Positions 18,824 through 29,449 of a stretch of 64,000 nucleotides of DNA are shown one piece after another. The notes under the pieces are model-generated. The model searched no databases. It was not told the origin of the DNA and was given only the letters and a program-made list of their open reading frames with translations. Position numbers and translations under genes: made by a program. The DNA comes from Candidatus Eiseniibacteriota bacterium (lineage in GTDB: Bacteria; Joyebacterota; Joyebacteria; Joyebacterales; Joyebacteraceae). Positions within the stretch are counted from its first letter, which is position 1. Each line of letters opens with the position of its first letter. The stretch spans positions 4,547 through 68,546 of the forward strand of contig JAUXGN010000007.1 of assembly GCA_030622115.1 (NCBI GenBank), given 5' to 3'.

Positions 18824-21314
18824 CTTCTTCCTCTTCTTCTTCGTCTTCTTCCTCCTCCTCCGCCTCGTACTCCTCTTCGTCGTCTTCCTCGTCTTGCTCT
18901 TCGTCTTCTTCCTCGTACTCCCCCGCGTCCTCAGGTTCGTCGTATTCCACCGTGTTCTCTTCAGTTTCGTCAGGCTCGCCGGGAGGATCTGGAGTCTCAA
19001 TGGACTCCGTCTCTTCGAGAGCCACAGCGGTTGCCACGCTGCCAGTCAAGTACTCGGGTCCGACCAGCACATCTCTGGCCTTGCTTCCCTTGAACGGTCC
19101 AACGATCCCGTTCGCTTCAAGAACATCCATCAGACGTCCAGCACGGGCGTATCCTACTGAGAGACGGCGCTGCAGAAGCGATGTCGAGCCCATCTGCATT
19201 CCGACGACGATCTCGATGGCTGTCTCGTAGAGCTCGTCCGACCTCCCGGCCGACATCCGCGCCACACTCTTCGAGTCCTCGAAGTCGAACATGTAGTCGG
19301 GTTTGCCCTGCTTGCGCCAGTACGAGACGATACGAGCGGTCTCCCCCGATGAGACGAAGGCGCCGTGGAGCCTGATCGGGTCCGGTTTGCCCGACGGCAT
19401 GAAGAGCATGTCGCCATTGCCGAGGAGTGTCTGGGCTCCGTTGCGGTCAAGAATTGTTCGGGAGTCCGTCATCGAAATCACGCGGAACGCGATTCTGGAA
19501 GCGAAGTTCGCCTTGATGACGCCTGTGATGACATCGACGGAAGGGCGCTGTGTGGCAAAGATGAGGTGAATGCCAACAGCTCTGGCCATCTGAGCCAGAC
19601 GCTGCACGGGCGCCTCAACTTCACGAGGAGCTCGGACCATCAGATCGGCGAACTCGTCCACAATCACGACGATGTGCGGGAGTCTGTGCTTGTTCTCGTC
19701 CGAGAGAGCGTCGATGTCGTCTCTGTCTTCGATACGCTTGTTGAATCCGTAGATGTCGCGCACAGCCAGACTCGACAGTATGTCGTAGCGCCGATCCATC
19801 TCTCCGACAAGCCACTGCAGCGCCATCGCTGCCGACTTGGCCTCCGTGACGACCGGGGAGATCTGGTGCGGAATGCCGGCATAGCGCGGAAGCTCCAGAC
19901 GCTTGGGGTCGATCATCAGGAAGCGGACCTCATCAGGCGTGGAGCGGCAGAGGATACCCGTGATAAGCGTATTCAGGCAGATGCTCTTTCCTGATCCGGT
20001 CGCACCGGCCACAAGAAGATGCGGCATTCCCGCCAGATCCGCGCAGGAGACCTTCCCTGTCGTGTCCTTGCCGAGAGCCAGGGGGATCTCGGAATCCACT
20101 TTCTGAAATGCGCCGGAGGCGAGGGTCTCCTTAAGATAGACGATTTCAGGGTTCTCGTTCGGGATTTCTATGCCGACGGCGCCTCTGCCTGGAATGGGAG
20201 CGATGATCCGGATCGCAGTGGCTCGCATCGCCAGGGCAAGATCATCCTGAAGGTTCGCGATCTGGCTCACTTTCACGCCTCTGGCAGGTTCGACTTCAAA
20301 CCGTGTGATGACAGGGCCCGGGCGCACGTGTGCCACCGTAGCCTCGACGCCGAAGTCAGCAAGCTTCTCCTCCAGGAGCTGCGAACGAGCCAGCAGCTCC
20401 TCTCGCGACACAGTTCTTCCCGCATCGGCGGGCCGGTCATCGAAAAGAGAAAGCGGGGGAAGCGTGTAGCTTGCGGATTTGCGGGGCCGTTTCGGAACAG
20501 CACGGGTCTGGCCGCGCGTGCCGGCAGTCTGAACAATGGTAGGGATCCTCGGGACCCGCTTCTTTTTCGAGGTCGCGCTGGCCGAGGCAGGATCAGATCT
20601 GACCCGCTTGGCTGCCGCGCCGTTCATGCGCTTCCGCCGTGGATCTTGCTCATCGCCGCTTGCTCGTCTGCGTTCCCTTGTGGGTTTCGTGCGCGTCGCT
20701 TTGGCGGGGCGGTCTTCGCGATCGAACACCCTTTCGGTTAAGGACATAATCGCGCCCCAGAACGAGGACAGAGCCTCACCGACCCGTTCAGCGACCGTGA
20801 TGAAGGGTTGCGTCACCAGGTCGAGATCAAACTCCGTCGTCAGGAGAGTAATCAGGGCGATTCCGCCGATTCCAACAAGGAAGGTGCCTACTCTGCCGAT
20901 ATGTCGCACCCCGAAGTCGGAAAGATAGGCGCCCACGAGACCGGACACGCGCATCATCCCGCCACTGCTTCCCACGTGGATGAGTGTCACCACGATGATG
21001 GTGACAGCGGTCAGAAAGACGCTCCGCAGGGCCAGGGTCTCAACGTCACCGTCTGCGATTCGGTTCCATCCCCACATGATGAGAAGCAGCGGAGCGGTCC
21101 AGGCCGCGAATCCCAGGAGAACGAACATCCAGTTGGAGATCTCTCTGTTCTGGAGACCAAGCTGAGTGGCCCAGATGTCCGGGCCGAGATTGCCCGATAG
21201 AGAGAAGTAGATGTGGCTTCCGAGGCTCACAGCCAGAAGCAATCCGAGGAAGAGAAGCAGCACTCCGACGAGCTGGCGGCGCTTGTCATCGGTCATGTGG
21301 TCAAAGAGCCCCAT
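18813..21314 (-). CDS. ftsK: DNA translocase FtsK with a long acidic C-terminal tail
   Basis: 4-TM N-terminus, MPHLLVAGATGSGKS, IDPK, VDEFADLM, ATQRPSVDV, gamma domain STSLLQRRL.VGYARAGR. Confidence 0.97.
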   Translation of the reverse strand: MGLFDHMTDDKRRQLVGVLLLFLGLLLAVSLGSHIYFSLSGNLGPDIWATQLGLQNREISNWMFVLLGFAAWTAPLLLIMWGWNRIADGDVETLALRSVFLTAVTIIVVTLIHVGSSGGMMRVSGLVGAYLSDFGVRHIGRVGTFLVGIGGIALITLLTTEFDLDLVTQPFITVAERVGEALSSFWGAIMSLTERVFDREDRPAKATRTKPTRERRRASGDEQDPRRKRMNGAAAKRVRSDPASASATSKKKRVPRIPTIVQTAGTRGQTRAVPKRPRKSASYTLPPLSLFDDRPADAGRTVSREELLARSQLLEEKLADFGVEATVAHVRPGPVITRFEVEPARGVKVSQIANLQDDLALAMRATAIRIIAPIPGRGAVGIEIPNENPEIVYLKETLASGAFQKVDSEIPLALGKDTTGKVSCADLAGMPHLLVAGATGSGKSICLNTLITGILCRSTPDEVRFLMIDPKRLELPRYAGIPHQISPVVTEAKSAAMALQWLVGEMDRRYDILSSLAVRDIYGFNKRIEDRDDIDALSDENKHRLPHIVVIVDEFADLMVRAPREVEAPVQRLAQMARAVGIHLIFATQRPSVDVITGVIKANFASRIAFRVISMTDSRTILDRNGAQTLLGNGDMLFMPSGKPDPIRLHGAFVSSGETARIVSYWRKQGKPDYMFDFEDSKSVARMSAGRSDELYETAIEIVVGMQMGSTSLLQRRLSVGYARAGRLMDVLEANGIVGPFKGSKARDVLVGPEYLTGSVATAVALEETESIETPDPPGEPDETEENTVEYDEPEDAGEYEEEDEEQDEEDDEEEYEAEEEEEDEEEEEEDEL

Positions 21315-21345
21315 TGACTGTTTCCCCCGTCTGGTTTGGATCCGC

Positions 21346-22092
21346 TCAGCGGTGAGATGAGTGCTCGCGTCCCTGTATTCTCCCGTCCAGCACTGTTGGA
21401 ACGGACGACGAGAGATCCAGTCTGCTGCAGAACCCGACGTCATCCTCGAAACCGAGGCTGGTGAGGTACCGCCCGTGAGAGGATCGTTTCACGACCTCGG
21501 CGATATCTGTCATCGATGCGGCAAGGAGACGCGCCGCAACTGCAGCATCATTGAGAGCGAGTTCGCCCTGGAAGGCTTCGGCGAGTCCGTTGACCATGAG
21601 GCCACCACAGACGAAATCCTCCAATGCGAGCAGACCATTCGTGCCGGCACAGAGAACAGAGACGTGCTCGGCTTCCGATGAGATGAGATGAGCAACAACG
21701 GCCTTGAGGTTGAGGAAACACCCAATCGCTATTCGGTCGGCCGCCGCCGCCTTAGTTATGGCAGTCGTCCCGTTGGTTGTCGAGAAAACGAGAGTCTTGC
21801 CTCGAACTGCAGTGCCGACGTACTCCAGAGGGGAATTGCCCAGGTCGAAACCGTCGACCTTCATGCTCTCCTGCTCCCCGCACAGCAGCGCCTTCTCACG
21901 ATCGAGTGTCGGGAGGAGGCGTGTCGCCTCTTCGACACCGGCAACCGGGATGATGCGTTCGACGCCGTTCTCGTACGCCTGCACGATCGTACTTGAAGCA
22001 CGAAGCACGTCGATCACAACGACGTGGGTTCCCTTGGCTCTTGACTCAGCGAACACGCCGGCCGTCACATAAAGGCGCAGATCCATGGTCAT
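21346..22092 (-). CDS. comB: 2-phosphosulfolactate phosphatase family protein
   Basis: VVIDVLRASSTI, GFDLGNSP, TTNGT, EDFVCGG. Confidence 0.9.
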   Translation of the reverse strand: MTMDLRLYVTAGVFAESRAKGTHVVVIDVLRASSTIVQAYENGVERIIPVAGVEEATRLLPTLDREKALLCGEQESMKVDGFDLGNSPLEYVGTAVRGKTLVFSTTNGTTAITKAAAADRIAIGCFLNLKAVVAHLISSEAEHVSVLCAGTNGLLALEDFVCGGLMVNGLAEAFQGELALNDAAVAARLLAASMTDIAEVVKRSSHGRYLTSLGFEDDVGFCSRLDLSSSVPTVLDGRIQGREHSSHR

Positions 22093-22105
22093 GATGTCGG
22101 GAGGC

Positions 22106-23470
22106 TTACGTCGGGCCTGTCTCGGCCTCCATCCCAGCCTTTCTCTCAAGAGTGCCCGTGTCAAACGTGCCGGCGCGGAAATCCGGATCCTGCATCATCT
22201 CCAGGTGGAACGGGATGGTGGTGGTCACTCCTTCCACCACGAACTCCTGGAGAGCCCGCTGCATTCTCGCTATGGCCTCATCGCGTGTGTTGCCGTGAGC
22301 GAGAAGCTTCGCGATCATTGAATCATAGTAGGGTGGAATGAAGTAGCCGCTGTACACGTGCGTGTCCACTCGGATCCCCGGCCCGCCGGGGACATACAGT
22401 TCAGTGACGCGGCCGGGCCTCGGAGCGAAGTCCTTTGCGGGGTCTTCCGCGTTAATCCGGCATTCAATCGCGTGGCCCCGTATCGTGATAGCAGATTGGT
22501 CCACAGAGAGAGGTTCTCCCGCTGCGATTCTGATCTGTTCTTTGACAAGGTCGACGCCGGTCACGAGTTCGGTGACCGGATGCTCTACCTGGATCCTCGT
22601 GTTCATCTCCATGAAGTAGAAGTCGCCGCGCGCATCAAGAAGGAACTCGATCGTACCAGCGCTCGCGTAGCCGATTCCCTTGGCGCCTCTGATGGCCGCC
22701 TCTCCCATTCTCGCTCTCAAGGCCGGATCAACGGCCGGTGACGGCGATTCCTCGATCAGCTTCTGGTGTCGTCGTTGAATGGAGCAGTCGCGCTCACCGA
22801 GGTGGACGACGTTGCCGAAATTGTCGCCCAACAGTTGAAACTCGATGTGCCGGGGTTCCATGATCAATTTCTCGAGGTAGATCTCCCCATTGCCGAATGC
22901 CGCGTTGGCCTCAGCGCTCGCGATCCGGAAGGCGTTCTTGACGCTGTCCCGGTCCTTCGCAACGCGCATTCCCTTCCCGCCACCGCCCGCAGAGGCCTTG
23001 ACCATTACCGGATACCCGATCTGGTCTGCTGCTTCCTGGGCAGCCTCGGGGTCTGCCACAACGCCCTTGCTTCCGGGGATGATAGGAACACCCACCTTTG
23101 ACATCATCTTGCGGGCCTGCGCCTTGTTTCCCATGAGGCGCATCATCTCGCCGGTCGGCCCGATGAAGACAAGGTCGTGAGCAGCGCAGATGTCGGCGAA
23201 TGCATCGTTCTCGGCGAGGAAACCATAGCCTGGATGAACAGTCTGCGCTCCGGTGATCTCACAGGCACTCAGTATGGCCTTGACGTCAAGGTAGCTCTTA
23301 GCGCTTTGTGCCGGACCGATGCAGACGGCTTCGTCTGCGAACTTCACGTGCAGTGCATCAACGTCGGCTTCCGAGTGCACGGCCACCGTGGGTATGCCGA
23401 GTTCCTTGCAGGCGCGCATCACCCGGATGGCTATCTCACCGCGGTTGGCAACGAGGATCTTGTTGAACAT
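22106..23470 (-). CDS. accC: Biotin carboxylase
   Basis: [56 protein letters not shown]. Confidence 0.97.
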   Translation of the reverse strand: MFNKILVANRGEIAIRVMRACKELGIPTVAVHSEADVDALHVKFADEAVCIGPAQSAKSYLDVKAILSACEITGAQTVHPGYGFLAENDAFADICAAHDLVFIGPTGEMMRLMGNKAQARKMMSKVGVPIIPGSKGVVADPEAAQEAADQIGYPVMVKASAGGGGKGMRVAKDRDSVKNAFRIASAEANAAFGNGEIYLEKLIMEPRHIEFQLLGDNFGNVVHLGERDCSIQRRHQKLIEESPSPAVDPALRARMGEAAIRGAKGIGYASAGTIEFLLDARGDFYFMEMNTRIQVEHPVTELVTGVDLVKEQIRIAAGEPLSVDQSAITIRGHAIECRINAEDPAKDFAPRPGRVTELYVPGGPGIRVDTHVYSGYFIPPYYDSMIAKLLAHGNTRDEAIARMQRALQEFVVEGVTTTIPFHLEMMQDPDFRAGTFDTGTLERKAGMEAETGPT

Positions 23471-23498
23471 CAGGGGTCATTTCCTCCAGCGCGCCTGG

Positions 23499-23963
23499 TC
23501 AATCGGGTTGAATCATGAACATGGCCTCGCCGAACTCAACCGGCTTGGCGTTTTCCTTTACGATCCGGACGATCGTGCCGCTCACCTCGGACTCGATCTC
23601 GTTCATGAGTTTCATGGCTTCCACGATGCAGACAACCTGACCCACACTGATGTGGTCGCCCTGCTTCACGTAGGGCGGTGCTTCGGGCGAATGCGCCGCG
23701 TAGAAGGTGCCCACCATCGGCGATACGATCGGGACCAGACCGGAATCCCGCTCTGCTTGAGCATCCGTGACCTCCGCCGGCGCCGCAGTCGCGGCCGGAG
23801 CCGCCTGAGGAGCATGAACTGCAACAGGAGCCGCCGTCATGGCGGCCACTGGCGGGCCTCCCTTGATGATCTTCACGGAACTCAGGAACCGAGAAACATG
23901 AAGCTCCTGAATATCGCTGTCCTCCACCAGCCTGATGAGTTCCTCCAGCTTCCTCTTGTCCAT
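23499..23963 (-). CDS. accB: Biotin carboxyl carrier protein
   Basis: SPMVGTFY, EAMKLMNEI, Ala/Pro linker. Confidence 0.97.
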   Translation of the reverse strand: MDKRKLEELIRLVEDSDIQELHVSRFLSSVKIIKGGPPVAAMTAAPVAVHAPQAAPAATAAPAEVTDAQAERDSGLVPIVSPMVGTFYAAHSPEAPPYVKQGDHISVGQVVCIVEAMKLMNEIESEVSGTIVRIVKENAKPVEFGEAMFMIQPD

Positions 23964-23993
23964 CTCGCCTCCTGCGGTGCGCACGCGCTCGGA

Positions 23994-24554
23994 TCAGACG
24001 CGCGAAACGTACTCTCCGGTGCGTGTGTCCACCTTCACAACGGTGCCCTCAGAAAGAAAGAGGGGTACTTGGACGACGGCCCCGGTCTCCAGGGTCGCCG
24101 GCTTGGACCCGCCTGATACCGTGTCTCCCTTGACTCCCGGGTCGGTCCTCGTGATCTCAAGTTCGACGAAGGTGGGCATCTCAATGGTGATAGGCTCCTC
24201 GCCGTCGAGGAGGAATTCCACTTCCATTCCATCTTTGAGAAACGATGCATTCCTCTCACCGATGACGATCTCTTGAAGAGATATCTGATCGTAGTTGTCG
24301 AGCCTCATGAAGTTGAGCATGTCATCACGGTAGAGGAACTGGGCCTTGACCCGGTCCAGTCTGACGTCCTCTATCTTCTCCCCTGCTCTCCAAGTGATCT
24401 CAAGGACTCGTCCGCTTCGGATCTCCTTGAGCTTGCTCCGCACGAAGGCGGCGCCCTTCCCCGGCTTCACGTGGAGAAACTGAACGACGGTGTAGAGTTT
24501 GCCGTCCCTCCGGATGACCATTCCGTTGCGGAAGTCGTTGGTCGTTGTTGCCAT
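23994..24554 (-). CDS. efp: Translation elongation factor P
   Basis: HVKPGKGAAFVR, PGVKGDT, KPATLETG, VDTRTGEY. Confidence 0.97.
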   Translation of the reverse strand: MATTTNDFRNGMVIRRDGKLYTVVQFLHVKPGKGAAFVRSKLKEIRSGRVLEITWRAGEKIEDVRLDRVKAQFLYRDDMLNFMRLDNYDQISLQEIVIGERNASFLKDGMEVEFLLDGEEPITIEMPTFVELEITRTDPGVKGDTVSGGSKPATLETGAVVQVPLFLSEGTVVKVDTRTGEYVSRV

Positions 24555-24609
24555 TCGGGTGATTCTCCCTGAATGATAGCTGCGCCGTCTAGACGTCCAT
24601 ATCTGATGC

Positions 24610-24638
24610 AGCATACAGCCGGGCTGATCGGGCGTCAA
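24610..24638 (-). promoter_or_regulatory. sigma70-type promoter upstream of efp
   Basis: TTGACG-17 bp-TATGCT. Confidence 0.65.
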
Positions 24639-24759
24639 CACGTATGTGGGGGATCCCACCACAGTTCCGTGAGGGTACTTGCGACGTGCTGGAGCGAACT
24701 ACGCCCCGGTAGCGTCATCAGGCGCTCGCCGGGACGTGGTGCGAAATGCGGGTCATACA

Positions 24760-25470
24760 TCATTGGACCTCGGCCATCGCCCTCCTGTAGTCCCCCACGC
24801 GCTCCTGCGCTGCTTCGTCGTCGGGATTCCTTGCGAGAATGCGCTCGCAGATCTCAAGCGCCTTGTCGGGAAGTCCCTGCTTGGCGTAGATCTCCGCGAG
24901 GGTCAGCGTGGCGATCGCATCGAGGTCATCCGTGAGTGTCGGTGTGACATCGGCGCCCCGAACGCTGAAAAGCCCCTCCAGATGCTCCAGTTCCACAGCC
25001 AGGCTTCCGGTCTTCTGCGGGACTTCGCTTTCCGAAGGTGTTGCCTCGAAAGAGCCGTTCTCTACCTGCTCGATCAGACTCCCTGTGACAGCTTCCTCCA
25101 GGAAGGCCATCGCCTCCACGTTGTCGGGATCAAGACGAGTGACCTCGCGGTACGCCTCAGTGGCTTCCTCGAGGCGCCCGCTGTTGTCCAGAGCGCGTGC
25201 GAGCACGACCCTCATCGAAATGTGTCCGGGGTAGGATACGAGTCCCGCCCGGGCCGTTCTTATAGAATCCTCAAGCCGGTTCTGAAGGCGATATGATTCT
25301 GCAAGGGGCGCGTGTACTCGTGGAGATTCTGCAGTCTCGAGTTCGCGCTCCAGTCCAAGTATGGCGGCCTGCAGGGCACTTGCATCGAGGGGTGTCACGG
25401 TCGCTCCGGAGAAGAGTGGATTCCTGGATGGAAGACGTCTGGTGTCACTTGCGCGCGTCTTCCCGAGCAT
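24760..25470 (-). CDS. Tetratricopeptide-repeat protein (true start may be GTG at 25398)
   Basis: LAESYR, LARAL...A...Y....LDPDN.EA, C-terminal TLTLAEIYAKQG. Confidence 0.8.
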   Translation of the reverse strand: MLGKTRASDTRRLPSRNPLFSGATVTPLDASALQAAILGLERELETAESPRVHAPLAESYRLQNRLEDSIRTARAGLVSYPGHISMRVVLARALDNSGRLEEATEAYREVTRLDPDNVEAMAFLEEAVTGSLIEQVENGSFEATPSESEVPQKTGSLAVELEHLEGLFSVRGADVTPTLTDDLDAIATLTLAEIYAKQGLPDKALEICERILARNPDDEAAQERVGDYRRAMAEVQ

Positions 25471-25485
25471 CGCAAGGGCGCGGGA

Positions 25486-25514
25486 ACGTTACCAAAGGAT
25501 ACTGCGTGTGTCAA
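25486..25514 (-). promoter_or_regulatory. sigma70-type promoter
   Basis: TTGACA-17 bp-TAACGT. Confidence 0.55.
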
Positions 25515-25558
25515 GGCAAAAGCCCTGCTCTGGGCGCGCCTCAGGTCTGAGAAACATG

Positions 25559-26548
25559 CTAGCGAAATGTGTTCGCTATGGCGTCCAGGTTTCTCATCAC
25601 GGGGGTCTTGTCGAGACCGGGAGCGAAGAGGCTGACGTCAACGATGTAGGTTCTCTGGTCGTCGGAGTCATGGAAAGCGTATGTGCGGAAAGGGCCGCCG
25701 CCTACAAGATCCATGTTTCCCCACCACCCGGAGATGCAGATGGCCGTTCGCCCGCTGAAGCTCACCGTGTCGACAAGAACCGGGCGTCGCAGTTCGACCG
25801 TGTCGCCGTTGTGGTAAGCTCTGCACACGGCGTCCCGGGCGGCGATGAGCGAATCTCGCGTGATCTCCTGCTCGTGTGCACTATCCGTCCACCTGACGAA
25901 CACAAATCTGTCCGGCCGCGGGCGTCCGAAGATCACGAATCCTTCCTTGTCGGCGCCGCTGTCGAACTCGTAGCCGGATGGGAGGCAGAGCGACCAGCCG
26001 TAGCGCTCCTCCAGCATGGCAGAGATGCCCGCTTTCTCCGCGTCCTCACAGAGTCCACCGGCGAGCCGTTCGCGCGCCGCCGCTATCAGAGCTTTCACCA
26101 GCTCATCGCCGTGCGACTCGACATAGCTCACAAGCTCCTCAGGCGAGTCTCCCATGAGAGTGGCGACCACCTGCCGGTTTGCCCAGACATCAGTGGCGAC
26201 ATGAAGCTCGATGGGACCGGAGACCGGAACCCCTGCCACATTCTTCCGAACGAGATCAGCCACGCCACCTTCTCCCCAGACTCCGAGGAGCAGAATGTGT
26301 CGCCGGCTTCGCAGACTGCCGAAATCTCTCGGTGTCGTTGCAAGAACCTCATAGGCCGGCTCACCGAGCATCCACGCGCGCCTTGCGCCGAATACCTGCT
26401 TGGCCAGTGGGCCGGCGCTTGCATGGAGTTCGCTGTCTACGACGATAACAAGGTCGTCGGACTCGCCAACTGCGGACATTGAGGGTCCGGAACACGAAGT
26501 GAGGCCCAGGGCCAGGCACAGCAGAAGGATGACGATCGCCTCTTTCAC
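25559..26548 (-). CDS. Lipoprotein, DUF4837-like
   Basis: Lipobox LTSC; DVWA..Q, G.W......GGPF, FAPG.DK motifs. Confidence 0.65.
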   Translation of the reverse strand: MKEAIVILLLCLALGLTSCSGPSMSAVGESDDLVIVVDSELHASAGPLAKQVFGARRAWMLGEPAYEVLATTPRDFGSLRSRRHILLLGVWGEGGVADLVRKNVAGVPVSGPIELHVATDVWANRQVVATLMGDSPEELVSYVESHGDELVKALIAAARERLAGGLCEDAEKAGISAMLEERYGWSLCLPSGYEFDSGADKEGFVIFGRPRPDRFVFVRWTDSAHEQEITRDSLIAARDAVCRAYHNGDTVELRRPVLVDTVSFSGRTAICISGWWGNMDLVGGGPFRTYAFHDSDDQRTYIVDVSLFAPGLDKTPVMRNLDAIANTFR

Positions 26549-26550
26549 GC

Positions 26551-27405
26551 CTACCTCCAGAGTTTGAGTTCATCCCAACCGACAGCGCCAAGCCCTGCCG
26601 GTACCGCGATTCTCAGGGCTACCCTGTCCACTGCCGGCCCGCGCCTGAACCGCGTGAACAGGAGCTTCAACTCCTGCGGACGCGTGCTGCGTGAATCGTA
26701 GACAAGCGTGGAAGTGTGTGGAGCGGGGATCCCGCTTTTCCACCCGTGCCCAACGTAATCGATTTCGATCTTCCCGTTCCCGTCGCCGTCGGCGATCTCC
26801 ACACGTTTGAGTTCGCGAAGATCATCCGTGAGTGTGAAGGCAACCGACCTCTCGCCGACGAGTCCCTTGATCAGGGTCAGCCCCTTGCTCCCTCCCACCT
26901 CCGGACTGTCGATCGAGAGAAGGGTTCGAGGGGTAAGGAATCCCAACATCAGCGCCGGCAGGTCGATCATGTCGAGCCCGTCCCATTCATCCTCGAGGCA
27001 TCCCTCTATCCACAGAGGCACACCCGGCAGATACGCCTCGGAACACGTTCCATCCACCTCGAGTTGAAGGCTCCCGATCGGACCCGTGATCACGGCGGTT
27101 GGTCGCACGTCCATGCGGATCCAGGACGGATCATCATACAGCAAGGCGAAGGAGAAGCGAGTCATACTGTTCGATGTCGACAACCGACCGGTTCCCGAGG
27201 CTCGCACGGATGATGGCTCTCCCCAGTGATCGGCGATTGTGGTGGCTATCCTCTCAAGTTTGCCTGCTTCCACCGGCTCTGTTCGGAGTTCGTGGCGTCC
27301 GCAACCGGCGAGCGTGGCGAGGATGAGGGCGATCGCGAGGATTGCCGGCGTGGCGCGCCGGCGCGCGCATGGTCCCCCGACGGCAGACAGCTTCTCAGTC
27401 ACCAT
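26551..27405 (-). CDS. Lipoprotein of unknown function (DUF4292/LolB-like fold possible)
   Basis: Lipobox LAGC after a hydrophobic stretch; beta-rich; follows a TPR gene. Confidence 0.55.
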   Translation of the reverse strand: MVTEKLSAVGGPCARRRATPAILAIALILATLAGCGRHELRTEPVEAGKLERIATTIADHWGEPSSVRASGTGRLSTSNSMTRFSFALLYDDPSWIRMDVRPTAVITGPIGSLQLEVDGTCSEAYLPGVPLWIEGCLEDEWDGLDMIDLPALMLGFLTPRTLLSIDSPEVGGSKGLTLIKGLVGERSVAFTLTDDLRELKRVEIADGDGNGKIEIDYVGHGWKSGIPAPHTSTLVYDSRSTRPQELKLLFTRFRRGPAVDRVALRIAVPAGLGAVGWDELKLWR

Positions 27406-27412
27406 GGTTGCC

Positions 27413-28717
27413 TCATTCAGAAGAGCCTTGGTCTCCGTTCGCCCGTCCAAGACGCTCAAGAGTGGAGGTCCTTCCCGGTTCGAGTTCGAGGGCCTTGAGC
27501 CACGACTCCGTGGCATCGGAAACGCGGCCGACCTGCAAATACGCATCTCCAAGATGCTCGTGGATCAACGGCTCGCTCCCGCCAAGTTCGACCGCCGCTT
27601 CGAGTTCGCGAACAGCCTTGAGACCCTGTCCGTGTGCGAAGTACACCCAACCAAGCGTATCGCGCACGCGGGGATTCAGCGGCACAAGCTCGACCGCTCT
27701 GATCGCGTACTCAAGAGCAGTCTCAAGATTGTTGCCTGTTTCCGAGGAGTGATAGGCTATGAAGTTGAGTGCCACCACCGATTCAGGTTCGAGCGCGAGA
27801 ATCCTCTCAAAGGTCTCGAGCGCGCGGTCCTCAGCTCCGGATGCAATCTCGACCGAGCCCCTTGCTGCGAGGAGCCGCTCGCTCTCACCCCACGTCTGCT
27901 CGGCTTCTGCAAGGATGGCGAGCGCTTCTTCGTAGCGGCCCATGGCTGCGTAGGCCCTACCGAGCGACAGGAATTCATCCTGGCGTGCGGTCAGGCTTCT
28001 GGTGACGTTCTCAAGGAGAGAAACGACATCCGAGTATCGCCCTGCACGCAGAAGGCTCTCCCCAAGAAGAGCGACCGTCGCACTGTTTGAGGGTTCAAGC
28101 CGATAGGCGCGCTGCAGTTCGGACAAGGCTTCTTCCCCGCGTCCCAGCGCCATGAGTGACCGGGCATGAAGGAACGCCATCTCGGGACTCAGGGTATCCT
28201 GAAGAGCGCGGCTGGAGAGCGTCGCTGCCGCGTCCTCGATTCTGCCCTGCGACATCTGGGCCTGGCCAAGAAGCGCCGTCAGTCTCGACGGTGAGCCGGT
28301 CTGTGAAACGACTCCGATGAGAAGAGACTCGGCCGCAGTCGGTTCAGCACGAGCCAGAAGCACCTCGGCGTGCACGGCCAGAACCTCCAGATCATCAGGA
28401 CAGAGCGTCCCGGCCTTCTCGATAGTGCGCAGGGCCTCGTCGAGTTGCCCCAGGACCATCTGAACGCGCGCTTGAGCTCGTCCAAGTTCGCAGCTTTCGT
28501 GCAAGTAGGAGGCCGCCCTTCGGTATTGCACGAGTGCCTCGCGCGGCATGCTCTCGACCTCCATGAGGCGGCCGAGGCTATAGTGCAGGTACCCCTGAGC
28601 CGAGATCCGCATCGCACTGGCTGTTTCCTGGCTCACTGCTTGAGCAGTCATGTGAGGGACTGCCGAAACAAACAGCAGAAGAACCCAGAGCAGCCACTTC
28701 CGCGTAGTTGTGTGCAT
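27413..28717 (-). CDS. Exported TPR protein
   Basis: Signal peptide, multiple TPRs, ALNFIAY...DTLGWVYF...EHLGDAY pattern; ATG after GGAGG. Confidence 0.85.
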   Translation of the reverse strand: MHTTTRKWLLWVLLLFVSAVPHMTAQAVSQETASAMRISAQGYLHYSLGRLMEVESMPREALVQYRRAASYLHESCELGRAQARVQMVLGQLDEALRTIEKAGTLCPDDLEVLAVHAEVLLARAEPTAAESLLIGVVSQTGSPSRLTALLGQAQMSQGRIEDAAATLSSRALQDTLSPEMAFLHARSLMALGRGEEALSELQRAYRLEPSNSATVALLGESLLRAGRYSDVVSLLENVTRSLTARQDEFLSLGRAYAAMGRYEEALAILAEAEQTWGESERLLAARGSVEIASGAEDRALETFERILALEPESVVALNFIAYHSSETGNNLETALEYAIRAVELVPLNPRVRDTLGWVYFAHGQGLKAVRELEAAVELGGSEPLIHEHLGDAYLQVGRVSDATESWLKALELEPGRTSTLERLGRANGDQGSSE

Positions 28718-28945
28718 TGACACCTCCGCAAGACCTCCATCATGATGATGTGCAGGCTGACTCTACCATGTGGAGCCCCGGTACTCAAGGTGTCCAGCCG
28801 GAAACCCACGAGGTTCTTTGATGATCCGTCCTCTTGTGCTATCTTGAATTGTAGGATGTCGTTTCGCGTCTCAGTATTCACACACGTGCACGTGTCACCC
28901 GACTTGGGTATGTCGGACAACGCGATGATGCAGGAGGCTACGAAG

Positions 28946-29449
28946 ATGAAACCAAGACTGCTCATCATGTTTGGTATCACTATCATTGTCCTGCTTGTGT
29001 TGAGCGGCTGCTATACCGTTCTCAGGCATCCCGCAGGTTCAACGATCGTCGACGACTCGACCTACGATAGCTCGATGTACTACGGCGGTGGCGGGCCGTG
29101 TGCCGGCTGCCACGCGGCCGCTGAGTACTACCATCCATCGTACCGGTATGGCGCCTCGCACTATCGTTGGAACAACTACTATGGGGATCCATGGTGGCAA
29201 TACGACGACTGGTGGTGGAGCGAACCGGACTATCCAGTGGGAGGCGAATACGAGGGGCCTCAAGTCGAGCAGGGCACGAGACACCTGTGGGGTGGCAGTG
29301 GCTGGGCGACAAAGGGATGGGGTGGCAGTCCTGCACCGCCGCCGCGCGCGCCTTCGTCCGTGCGTAAGCCCGAAGAGGCGGAAGCGAAGGACGACGAGAA
29401 GAAGGATGACGCTCCCGATCTTTGGCAGAACAGAAAGAAGGGTTTCTAG
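28946..29449 (+). CDS. Tyr/Trp-rich lipoprotein with one CxxCH motif
   Basis: AGGAGG RBS; MKPRLL...LSGCYTVLRHP lipobox; CAGCH at 29099-29113. Confidence 0.75.
   Translation: MKPRLLIMFGITIIVLLVLSGCYTVLRHPAGSTIVDDSTYDSSMYYGGGGPCAGCHAAAEYYHPSYRYGASHYRWNNYYGDPWWQYDDWWWSEPDYPVGGEYEGPQVEQGTRHLWGGSGWATKGWGGSPAPPPRAPSSVRKPEEAEAKDDEKKDDAPDLWQNRKKGF

Noticed and set aside
18824-19000. Lys/Arg-rich N-terminal extension of the LolA ORF
   Set aside because: An alternative-frame reading of the ftsK poly-Glu/Asp codons; the plausible start is 18823.
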